Assembly: GCA_030149585.1 (NCBI GenBank)
Contig: JASFBJ010000001.1
Location: 1 to 38,218 of the forward strand
Direction of reading: 5' to 3'
DNA from: Desulfobacterales bacterium
Lineage (GTDB): Bacteria > Desulfobacterota > Desulfobacteria > Desulfobacterales > JASFBJ01
DNA length: 38,218 bases
Every line of letters starts with the position of its first letter. Positions within the stretch are counted from its first letter, which is position 1. Below are positions 16,532-24,674 of the stretch, in pieces. Position numbers and translations under genes: made by a program. Under the pieces are notes generated by a model. The model did not search any database and was not told the DNA's origin. It was given only the letters and a program-made list of their open reading frames with translations.

Positions 16532-18037
16532 ATGAAAAAACATAAACTACTCTTGATTGATGATGAAAAAGTAAATGTCAGGGTACTGGCTTTGTCGTTA
16601 AAAAGTGATGGCTATGATGTTATTACAGCTTATAATGGAAAACAGGGGCTTGAAAGTTTTATAAAAAATTCGCCGGCTATAATTATAACTGATATTAAAA
16701 TGCCTGGGATGGACGGCATTGAGCTGCTAAAAAATATTAAAGAGCATAATGCCGGAGCTGAAGTTATAATCATTACCGGGCATGGGGACATAGATTTGGC
16801 TATTAAAGCTTTGAAATATGGTGCCTCTGATTTTATTAATAAACCCATAAGAGATGAGGTACTGGCAGTAGCTCTGAAAAGAGCGGAAGATAAACTTGAT
16901 ATCCGGGAAAAACTCAAAGAATATACCAATAACCTGGAAAATATGGTTAAGATTGCAACTGAAGATGTTAGAAGAAAATCAAATTTTCAGGCCAAACTGA
17001 TTAAAAGCTCCAGTGAAGGTATTGTGGCCACCGACGATAAGTGGAAAGTTGTTATTTTCAATCCAGGAGCTGAAAAAATATTTGGTTATTCAAAATCAAA
17101 AATTGTCGGAAAAACAAATCTAAAAGATCTTTTGCCGGCGAATATCCGCCATTTTTTTGAACTTGAAAAAAAAGTTATCCGGCAGCAGAGTTTTATTATA
17201 AATAATAATGGCGAACAAGTCCCTGTCCGATTTTCAGGTACAATTCTTCAAGAAGCAGATAAAATGATGGGTTGCGTTGCCTTTTTCCAGGATTTAAGAG
17301 AGATTAAACAACTGGAAAAAGATCTGGTCCATTCTGAAAGGCTGGCGGCTGTCGGGCAGACTATGGCTGGCATGGCTCATTGCATAAAAAATATTTTACA
17401 TGGATTTAAAGGAGGAAGCTATCTGGTAAATATCGGACTTGACAAAAATAATCCGGATAAGTTAAAAAATGGTTGGCAGATGGTTCAGCGCAATATTGGA
17501 CGAATATCTGATCTTGTTCTGGATTTGCTTTCATATTCAAAAGACAGAACTCCCGAACCGCAAATTTGTTTTCCAAACAAAATTGCAGCAGATGCTTGTG
17601 AATTATTGCAGAATTCGGCAGAGGAGCAAGAGATCACCATTTTTCAGGACTATGATTCGTTGATTGGGGAAGGTCTTATAGATTCCCGCATGTTACAGCG
17701 AATTCTGTTGAATCTTATATCCAACGCAATTGATGCTTGTATTTTTGATGAAACCATTGGTAAGTCTTGGCAGGTTAGTGTAAAAACCACGCTTATTGAT
17801 CAGCAGATGATTATATTGGAAGTACAAGATAATGGTTGCGGCATGAGTGATGAAGTTAAAGCCAAGCTTTTTTCCTCTTTTTTCAGCACCAAGGGATCTC
17901 GTGGTACCGGGCTGGGACTGCTTGTGACTCGTAAGCTTATAAAAGAGAATAAAGGCAGCATTGAGGTGTCGTCCGTGGTTGGCAAAGGAACTGTTTTTAA
18001 GGTCAAGCTGCCTTTTAAAGCAGGTAATCAACTTTAA
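16532..18037 (+). CDS. Hybrid receiver-PAS-histidine kinase
   Basis: N-terminal REC (LLIDDE...IITDIKMPGMDG...DFINKP); PAS-like middle; H-box MAHCIKN; HATPase LISNAIDA, DNGCGMS and GTGLGL. ATG at 16532 (the track starts at the TTG at 16529). Confidence 0.85.
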   Translation: MKKHKLLLIDDEKVNVRVLALSLKSDGYDVITAYNGKQGLESFIKNSPAIIITDIKMPGMDGIELLKNIKEHNAGAEVIIITGHGDIDLAIKALKYGASDFINKPIRDEVLAVALKRAEDKLDIREKLKEYTNNLENMVKIATEDVRRKSNFQAKLIKSSSEGIVATDDKWKVVIFNPGAEKIFGYSKSKIVGKTNLKDLLPANIRHFFELEKKVIRQQSFIINNNGEQVPVRFSGTILQEADKMMGCVAFFQDLREIKQLEKDLVHSERLAAVGQTMAGMAHCIKNILHGFKGGSYLVNIGLDKNNPDKLKNGWQMVQRNIGRISDLVLDLLSYSKDRTPEPQICFPNKIAADACELLQNSAEEQEITIFQDYDSLIGEGLIDSRMLQRILLNLISNAIDACIFDETIGKSWQVSVKTTLIDQQMIILEVQDNGCGMSDEVKAKLFSSFFSTKGSRGTGLGLLVTRKLIKENKGSIEVSSVVGKGTVFKVKLPFKAGNQL

Positions 18038-18042
18038 TAATA

Positions 18043-18150
18043 TATAGACCGTCGCATAAATAATTTCACTGCGTTATCGGTCGGAGATATACTATTCGTA
18101 TTATCTCCTCTCTCTGGCCTTGTGAAATTTATTATGTGACAATTTATACA
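18043..18150 (+). repeat. Copy A of a ~108-nt long-hairpin repeat element (candidate structured RNA or MITE)
   Basis: About 93% identical to 34869..34976. Outer stem GTCGCATAAATAATTTCAC / GTGAAATTTATTATGTGAC. Inner stem GGAGATATAC / GTATTATCTCC. It lies in the 132-nt gap between the hybrid kinase and the receiver gene. Confidence 0.85.
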
Positions 18151-18169
18151 TAGGCCAGGAGGTTTTATA

Positions 18170-18562
18170 ATGGGGAAAAAGGTACTTGTTGTTGATGATG
18201 ATCCTGATGCAAGATTATTTAATATAACCGTCGTAGAAGAGTGTAATTATACTCCACTGGAAGCTGCTGACGGGGAGGAGGGCCTTAAACTTGTCAAACA
18301 GGAAAAACCGGATCTGGTCATTCTCGATGTTTTTATGCCTCGTCAAACAGGAATTAGATTATATCGTGAGCTAAAAACCGATAAAAGATTTAAGAATATT
18401 CACATTATTATGCTTTCCGGTATTCCAAAGAAAACCTTTTTACGCTCCCAAAAAGCTTTGACTGAATTTGGGGAGCAAGAAGTCCCAGAGCCAGAGGCTT
18501 ACCTGGAAAAACCGGTTGAACCTGGAGAGTTGATGCAAACCCTGAAACAGATACTTGAGTAG
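18170..18562 (+). CDS. Single-domain response regulator (CheY-like receiver)
   Basis: AGGAGG RBS; VLVVDDD, LVILDVFMP (phospho-acceptor Asp) and YLEKP (conserved Lys). Confidence 0.85.
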   Translation: MGKKVLVVDDDPDARLFNITVVEECNYTPLEAADGEEGLKLVKQEKPDLVILDVFMPRQTGIRLYRELKTDKRFKNIHIIMLSGIPKKTFLRSQKALTEFGEQEVPEPEAYLEKPVEPGELMQTLKQILE

Positions 18563-18589
18563 CAATAAATGTTCAGATAGGAGGATTTA

Positions 18590-19201
18590 ATGGCAGTAAT
18601 CACTATTTCCAGGCAATATGGGGCAGGTGGGAAAACTCTTGGCAAGATGCTTGCCAAAGAACTGGGGTATACTTTTGTTGATAGTAATATCATTAAGATG
18701 ATCGCTAAAGAGGCAAATGTATCTCCTGAATGGGTCAGAACCGTTGAAAAAGATGCCGGTACCAGATTTTCAAAAATAATCACGAGCATGATCGCAAAAC
18801 ATCTTGTAGATCAGGTTTTAAAAGGTGAAAAGGGTTATATTGATGATAAGATATATCTGGATTATCTGGTTCTTATTATTTCTAAAATTGCAGACGAAAA
18901 TAATGCTGTCATTCTGGGTAGAGGAAGCCAGTATATTTTAGATGATCATCCAGATGCCTTTCATATTTTTTTAATCCGGGAGCTTGAAAACAGGGTCAAA
19001 TTTATTAAAGAGAATTATAACCTGACCGATCAACAGACCAGGCAGGTTGTTAATAATGAAGATAAACGCAGATTAAACTATTTTAGCAGACTTGGTAAAA
19101 AAGATTTTGACAATCCTTCTCTTTATCATATGGTTCTGAATATGAATTATATTGATATTAATAAAGCCTTTCAACTTATCTGTACTTTGCTAAAGGATTA
19201 A
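18590..19201 (+). CDS. Cytidylate-kinase-like family P-loop protein (function unknown)
   Basis: AGGAGG RBS. ITISRQYGAGGKTLGKMLAKELGY is the characteristic N-terminus of the cytidylate kinase-like (Cytidylate_kin2-type) family. 203 aa. Confidence 0.7.
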   Translation: MAVITISRQYGAGGKTLGKMLAKELGYTFVDSNIIKMIAKEANVSPEWVRTVEKDAGTRFSKIITSMIAKHLVDQVLKGEKGYIDDKIYLDYLVLIISKIADENNAVILGRGSQYILDDHPDAFHIFLIRELENRVKFIKENYNLTDQQTRQVVNNEDKRRLNYFSRLGKKDFDNPSLYHMVLNMNYIDINKAFQLICTLLKD

Positions 19202-19229
19202 ACACATCTTAAATAGCGGTTTCTGCTTT

Positions 19230-19266
19230 ATTTTGGATCGCAATATCGGCAATCGCGATCCAAAAT
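19230..19266. terminator. Bidirectional hairpin terminator between convergent genes
   Basis: ATTTTGGATCGC (19230-19241) pairs perfectly with GCGATCCAAAAT (19255-19266). A/T runs form both flanks. Confidence 0.6.
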
Positions 19267-19304
19267 AATTTTCATGTTTTATTCTGTCCGTCATGGCATG
19301 TGGC

Positions 19305-19688
19305 TCATTGTTTTTTCCAGCGGCCTATTTTTTCAAAAGCCTCGGCAGCAGCATTAAACAGATCATCAAGTTTGGCTGGTTTGGTAAAATAATCATCAAA
19401 TCCAGCTTCACGGCAATCAGATAATTCAAAGAGTGACGCAAATCCGGTCAGAGCATAGATAATTGCCATTGGTTTATCCCTGCGAATTTGGCGACAAAGT
19501 TCAATACCATTCATTTCAGGCATGTTAAGATCTAAAAACATAACATTGACACTTTGATGTTTAAGAATTTTCAGTGCCTCTTTACCGCCTGCCGCAGACC
19601 AGACTTTATAGCCTTGTTTTGTAAATGCATCTGTTAACATCTCTCGAATAAGATTTTCATCATCTACCAGCAATATCTGTTTTTTCAT
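19305..19688 (-). CDS. Single-domain response regulator (CheY-like receiver)
   Basis: ILLVDDE, VMFLDLNMPEMNG and YFTKP; 127 aa. Confidence 0.85.
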   Translation of the reverse strand: MKKQILLVDDENLIREMLTDAFTKQGYKVWSAAGGKEALKILKHQSVNVMFLDLNMPEMNGIELCRQIRRDKPMAIIYALTGFASLFELSDCREAGFDDYFTKPAKLDDLFNAAAEAFEKIGRWKKQ

Positions 19689-20054
19689 TATTTATCCCTT
19701 TCTTCTTTTATTTTTCTTTGGCTTTAAGACAACTAACCCTGTTTTATCCGCGTACTTAAAACCTGTTAATATGATATAAAATTATCATGATATATTAAAT
19801 ATCGGCTGCTGGATTAATTTCTTTAGAATAAAATTTAGAAATACCGCGTGGAAAAAACAAAATCCCCTCCCTTTTTTTATCACACAAATCAAAATTAACT
19901 TGAATATTGATATAAGAGAGGATATTCTTTGTATGTTAAGAAATTATACCTGATATGAAGATTTTAAGGTCATAGTATGGGCTAAAAGGGATAATTCCTG
20001 TTTAATACTGGGAAAAATCAATAAGTTAAAGTCTAATAAAAAGGAGAAATTGAG

Positions 20055-20909
20055 ATGGAGATTAAAAATGTTTGTGTAGTAGGTGCAGGTCTTATGGGAA
20101 ACGGTATTGCTCAGGTTTGTGCCCAAGCCGGCTACCAGGTTGCGATGCAGGACATAGAACAGCGTTTTGTTGATGGCGGCATGCAGGCTATTCAAAAGAA
20201 TTTAAGCCGGAATGTTAAAAAAGGCAAGATTACACAGGATGCAATGGCTCAGATCCTGGCCAGGATCAAACCCACTATTGATTTAAAAGAAGCTGCCTCT
20301 ATTGCTGATGTTGTTATAGAAGTAATAATTGAAGTTCTGGATGTTAAAAAAGCCCTTTTTGGAAAACTGCAGAAAATTGTACCCTCCCATTGCCTGTTTT
20401 TCACCAATACATCCGGAATCAGTATTACTGAACTGGCTTCGTCCAGTGATAGACCGGAAAGATTTATTGGAACTCACTTTTTTAACCCTGTCCCGGTTAT
20501 GCGCCTTCTGGAACTTATCAAAGGTTATGAAACTTCTGATGAAACTCTTGAAATTGCAAAAAAATGGGGCCAAACCCTGGATAAGGAAGTGATTATTGTC
20601 AATGAAGCACCTGCCTTTGCAGTGAATCGGGTTTTATGTCCGATGATCAATGAAGCCTTTTTTGCTCTTGGCGAAGGAGTTGCCTCAGCTGAAGATATTG
20701 ATACTGGAATGCGTCTGGGTTGCAATCATCCCATAGGACCTTTGGCACTGGCCGATTTGGTGGGTCTTGATACTCTTTTGAGGGTGATGGAGGGGCTGCA
20801 ATCAGAGTTTGGCGATAAATATATACCAGCCACCATGATCCGTAAACTGGTAAGAGCCGGTCATCTTGGTCGTAAAACCGGAAAAGGGGTTTACGATTAT
20901 ACCAAATAA
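20055..20909 (+). CDS. hbd: 3-hydroxybutyryl-CoA (3-hydroxyacyl-CoA) dehydrogenase
   Basis: AAGGAG RBS; VCVVGAGLMGNGIAQV NAD-binding motif; HFFNPVPVMRLLE; LGRKTGKGVYDY C-terminus. Confidence 0.9.
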   Translation: MEIKNVCVVGAGLMGNGIAQVCAQAGYQVAMQDIEQRFVDGGMQAIQKNLSRNVKKGKITQDAMAQILARIKPTIDLKEAASIADVVIEVIIEVLDVKKALFGKLQKIVPSHCLFFTNTSGISITELASSSDRPERFIGTHFFNPVPVMRLLELIKGYETSDETLEIAKKWGQTLDKEVIIVNEAPAFAVNRVLCPMINEAFFALGEGVASAEDIDTGMRLGCNHPIGPLALADLVGLDTLLRVMEGLQSEFGDKYIPATMIRKLVRAGHLGRKTGKGVYDYTK

Positions 20910-20931
20910 AAATTAATTTATTATTAAATTT

Positions 20932-20996
20932 AAAAAGGGGTTTACCATTATTTAAGCAATAAAAACACTTAACGGTAAAACCCCTTTTTTATTTTT
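20932..20996. terminator. Bidirectional terminator between hbd and tRNA-Leu
   Basis: GGGGTTTACC (20937-20946) pairs with GGTAAAACCCC (20974-20984). An A-run lies on the left flank and a T-run on the right. Confidence 0.6.
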
Positions 20997-21084
20997 TGGT
21001 GCCGGAGGAGAGAATCGAACTCTCACGGGCGCAAGGCCCGGAGGATTTTGAGTCCTCTGCGTCTACCAATTTCACCACTCCGGC
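20997..21084 (-). tRNA. tRNA-Leu (anticodon CAA), class II with long variable arm, encoded CCA
   Basis: The minus strand reads GCCGGAG-TG-GTG-AAATTGGTAGA-CGC-A-GAGGA-CTCAAAA-TCCTC-CGGGCCTTGCGCCCGTG-GAGAG-TTCGATT-CTCTC-CTCCGGC-A-CCA. All four stems pair, and the anticodon loop is CT-CAA-AA. Confidence 0.9.
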
Positions 21085-21119
21085 AATTTCACCACTCCGA
21101 CAATTTCACCACTCCGGTA
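21069..21119 (-). repeat. Three tandem 17-bp copies of the tRNA-Leu 5' end (first copy is the real 5' end)
   Basis: atttcaccactccggca / atttcaccactccgaca / atttcaccactccggta at 21069-21085, 21086-21102 and 21103-21119. Confidence 0.9.
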
Positions 21120-21228
21120 AAAAAGATGCTCTGCTTATATTGTTCTTCTATTTAATTGTCAATATATTTAGCTGAATATTTAGAGATATTTAGTACTCGA
21201 ATAAAAATCAGCAGTTTTTGCTCAAGTA

Positions 21229-21924
21229 TTATTCAGGTTCATATTTTTTAAAAATTGCTGTGAGATGATCAAAGGGAACAGTTCCCTCTCTAATAATAAC
21301 AGCACGCTTACCGGAAATATCCAAAACAGTTGACCCTCTTCCTGAAATAAGGGGCCCGGCATCCAAAACAAGATCAATTAAACCAGCTAAATTATTATTC
21401 AAGGTACTAATCTGCCGACAACCGGGTTGCCCTGCAAAATTAGCGCTGGTTCCGGTAATAGGCCCTCCCACGGCTTTTATCAAGGCTATGGCTACTGGGT
21501 GCTGTGCCTGGCGGATCCCTATTTTTTCAGCCCTGCCGACAATACCTTTGGGCATATTACTTAATGAATTAAAGATTAAAGTAAGATTTCCAGGCCAGAA
21601 TTTTTTTATGAGGTATTGCCCCAAAGGAGAAATATTTTTAACCAGGCCCTTAAGCTGAAGCTGGTTTTCAATTAAAATAGGCAGAGGCTTTTTAATTGAT
21701 CTTTGCTTAATGCTAAAGATACGGTTTACAGCTTTTGTATCTTTTGCTATGGCAGCCAGACCGTATAAACAGTGTGTGGGAAAAGCAACAACCCCGCCAT
21801 GTAAAAGAAGATCAGCGGCTTCTTGCACAAGCTCTGTTTCAGGCTGCCGGCTGTGTATTTTTTTAATATTATCGGTAATCGGCAAATTTTTCCGCTTTTT
21901 TTTCAACCTGAAGAGCCAGTTCAT
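21229..21924 (-). CDS. tsaC: L-threonylcarbamoyladenylate synthase (YrdC/Sua5 family)
   Basis: GGVVAFPTHCLYGLAA, SIKQRSIKKPLPIL, TGTSANFAGQP and STVLD motifs. The start overlaps the end of purD-purE by 56 nt. Confidence 0.8.
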   Translation of the reverse strand: MNWLFRLKKKRKNLPITDNIKKIHSRQPETELVQEAADLLLHGGVVAFPTHCLYGLAAIAKDTKAVNRIFSIKQRSIKKPLPILIENQLQLKGLVKNISPLGQYLIKKFWPGNLTLIFNSLSNMPKGIVGRAEKIGIRQAQHPVAIALIKAVGGPITGTSANFAGQPGCRQISTLNNNLAGLIDLVLDAGPLISGRGSTVLDISGKRAVIIREGTVPFDHLTAIFKKYEPE

Positions 21925-23641
21925 TCTTATAATCTGCCAGGAGTTTTGTTAATTCAGGATTTTTCAAGGCCATCATTTGAACCGCGAGTATGCCGGCATT
22001 ATGTGCCCCTGGTTTGCCGAGCGCGACCGTAGCAACTGGAATTCCAGGCGGCATCTGAACGGTGGACAGCAATGCGTCAATACCAAAAAGACAGGATGAA
22101 TCAATGGGCACTCCAATAACCGGCAAGGTGGTATGTGCGGCCAGTACACCTGCTAAATGGGCTGCATGTCCGGCTCCTGCAATAATTACTTCAATTCCAC
22201 GTTTGGCTGCTGTTATCGCTATTTCAGCGGCCCGTTTTGGACTGCGATGGGCTGAAGCCACAGTTAGCTCAAAGGGAATGCCGAATTTTTTTAAAATTTT
22301 GATACTTCCCTGCATTATATTAATATCAGAATCACTGCCCATTATAATACTGACCTTAGGCGATTGTTGCAGCCGGATAAGAGCCTTTTTGCCAATATCT
22401 TTACGAAAATAAACGTTGGCCCAGTTAATTTTGGCCACAGCTCGATAGGCTTTGGTAATTGCCTTTTCAATATTTTCTCCCAGAGCTGTAACGCCCAAAA
22501 CTCTGCCCCCTGTTGTAATAATTTTGTTCTTTTGAGTTCCAGTGCCGGCATGAAAAACAACCACGTCTTTCATCCGTTTAACCGCGTCAAGGCCTTTAAC
22601 AGGTACCCCTTTTTTATATTTTTTGGGATAACCTCCTGCAGCCATTACAACACAAACCGAAGGTCTTGGATCAATATCCAGGCTGCACTGGTCAAGACGC
22701 TCATCAATAACCGCTTCCATGATGGGAATAATATCATTTTTCAGCCGGATTAAAAGCGGCTGAGCTTCAGGGTCACCAAATCGTCCGTTAAATTCAAGAA
22801 CTTTAATTTTATCCTTATCAATCATTAAACCAGCATAAAGAATGCCTTTATAAGGTTTGTTTTCAGCTGCCATGCCTTTAACAGTTGGGATCATGATTTC
22901 AGTCATAATTTTCTCATGCAGAAAAGTATCTATAACAGGCGCCGGGGAGTGGGCTCCCATCCCTCCGGTGTTTGGCCCTTTATCATCATCAAAGATTGGT
23001 TTATGATCCTGGGAAGATGGTAAGGGCAATACTGTTTTACCATCTGTAAATGCCAGAAAAGAGGCTTCCTCCCCAATCAGACATTCTTCAATTACGACCT
23101 TTTTACCAGCAACACCAAACTCTTGTTTAACCATGATCTGTTCTAAAGCAGCCAGGGCTTTTGGAAGTGTATTGCAAATTATAACTCCTTTGCCGGCAGC
23201 CAGGCCATCGGCTTTTACCACAATCGGAGCTCCCATCTTGTGAATATAGGCTTCAGCTTTTTTAAAATTGGTGAAAGCCTTGCCAAGAGCAGTGGGGATA
23301 TTATATTTATTCATAAGGGCTTTTGAAAAAGATTTACTGGATTCTATTTGAGCAGCCCGTTTAGACGCACCAAAGATCCTTAACCCCTCTTTTTCAAATT
23401 GGTCAACAATTCCTTGAGATAATGGTCCTTCCGGCCCAATGACGGTTAAATCAATACAGTTCTTTTTAGCAAATTCCAAAAGGCCTTTAATATCATCGGC
23501 ATCAAGTGGCACACACTCGGCCATTTGAGCAATACCCGAATTGCCGGGGGCGCAAAATATTTTTTTTATAATTGGACTTTGAGAAATTTTCCAAACCAGA
23601 GCATGTTCACGGCCTCCTCCACCAACAACTAGGACCTTCAT
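21869..23641 (-). CDS. purD/purE: Fusion protein: phosphoribosylamine-glycine ligase (PurD) + C-terminal N5-CAIR mutase (PurE)
   Basis: N-terminal MKVLVVGGGGREHALVWK and the ATP-grasp body are PurD (about 425 aa). The C-terminal VSIIMGSDSD...ASAHRSP...AGAGHAAHLAGVLAAHTTLPVIGVP is PurE. It is a single uninterrupted 590-aa frame. Confidence 0.85.
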   Translation of the reverse strand: MKVLVVGGGGREHALVWKISQSPIIKKIFCAPGNSGIAQMAECVPLDADDIKGLLEFAKKNCIDLTVIGPEGPLSQGIVDQFEKEGLRIFGASKRAAQIESSKSFSKALMNKYNIPTALGKAFTNFKKAEAYIHKMGAPIVVKADGLAAGKGVIICNTLPKALAALEQIMVKQEFGVAGKKVVIEECLIGEEASFLAFTDGKTVLPLPSSQDHKPIFDDDKGPNTGGMGAHSPAPVIDTFLHEKIMTEIMIPTVKGMAAENKPYKGILYAGLMIDKDKIKVLEFNGRFGDPEAQPLLIRLKNDIIPIMEAVIDERLDQCSLDIDPRPSVCVVMAAGGYPKKYKKGVPVKGLDAVKRMKDVVVFHAGTGTQKNKIITTGGRVLGVTALGENIEKAITKAYRAVAKINWANVYFRKDIGKKALIRLQQSPKVSIIMGSDSDINIMQGSIKILKKFGIPFELTVASAHRSPKRAAEIAITAAKRGIEVIIAGAGHAAHLAGVLAAHTTLPVIGVPIDSSCLFGIDALLSTVQMPPGIPVATVALGKPGAHNAGILAVQMMALKNPELTKLLADYKNELALQVEKKAEKFADYR

Positions 23642-24609
23642 ATTCCCTCCATTAACTTTAATTTATTATGCTGCTTATGAGCTTGAATCCCAAGCCTGAT
23701 CAATTCATCCAGCAACTCGCTAAATGAAAACCCGGCCTGCCTGGCAGCCTGTGGGAACAGGCTGGTTGGCGTCATTCCGGGAATGGTATTAGTTTCCAGT
23801 ACATATATCTGCTGATCAGCCAAAATCATATCTGTTCGGCTGTATCCTTTGCAAAAAAGGACTTTATGGGCTCTTATGGCATAGTCCTTTGCCTTTGCAG
23901 CAAGAACTTTATTAATTCGGGCAGGACAGATCTCCTTTGTCAAGCCGGCAGTATATTTTGCTTCATAATCAAAATAATCGTGATTTTTATCTGGAATTAT
24001 TTCAATGAGCGGCAAAGCTTTTAAGCTTTCATTACCTATAATTCCGCAGGTTAGTTCAATGCCGTCAATATACTTTTCACAAAGGACAGTGCTATCATAT
24101 TTAAAGGCTAAATTAATTGCCGCCTTGATTTCTTTTTTATGTTTTACAACAGACATTCCAACGCTTGAACCAGCTTCACCCGGTTTAACCACCATAGGAA
24201 ATCCCGGCAGTTTTTCCAGAGCCTTTATTTCTATTTTATCGGATGGTTTTAATACAAGATAGGGAGGCACGGGAATATCAGCTTTTTCATAAATCTGTTT
24301 GGTCGCCACTTTATTCATTGCAAGGGCACTGCCCAGTACGCCAGAGCCCTGATACGGAATATCCAGTAACTCAAGCAAACCCTGAACTGTACCATCTTCG
24401 CCAAAGGGGCCGTGCAAAATTATTAAAGCAGCGTCAATATGCGGCGCATCCGCCACTATGCGGGCAATATCGGTTTGAGAATCATAGCGGGTAATCTCGT
24501 ATCTATCTTTATTGAGGGCTTTAAAGACGTGATCAGCACTATTTAATGAGACTTGCCGTTCAGCCGAAATTCCGCCGGCAATAAGCGCTATATTCTGTTT
24601 ACGAGTCAT
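23638..24609 (-). CDS. ddl: D-alanine--D-alanine ligase
   Basis: IALIAGGISAEREVS-type start, HGPFGEDGTVQGLLELLDIPYQGSG and ETNTIPGMT. ATGA overlap with purD-purE. Confidence 0.9.
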   Translation of the reverse strand: MTRKQNIALIAGGISAERQVSLNSADHVFKALNKDRYEITRYDSQTDIARIVADAPHIDAALIILHGPFGEDGTVQGLLELLDIPYQGSGVLGSALAMNKVATKQIYEKADIPVPPYLVLKPSDKIEIKALEKLPGFPMVVKPGEAGSSVGMSVVKHKKEIKAAINLAFKYDSTVLCEKYIDGIELTCGIIGNESLKALPLIEIIPDKNHDYFDYEAKYTAGLTKEICPARINKVLAAKAKDYAIRAHKVLFCKGYSRTDMILADQQIYVLETNTIPGMTPTSLFPQAARQAGFSFSELLDELIRLGIQAHKQHNKLKLMEGI

Positions 24610-24674
24610 GACTCACTCTAATAAATGGTTTTATGAAAACCTGAAATTCTCTGGAAATACTGATGATTGCTTTA

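Noticed and set aside
21069-21119. The tRNA-Leu-associated repeats, considered as the attachment site of an integrated element.
   Set aside because: The duplicated part is the 5' end, not the 3' end, and the copies are strictly tandem. No integrase or foreign-looking genes flank the tRNA.
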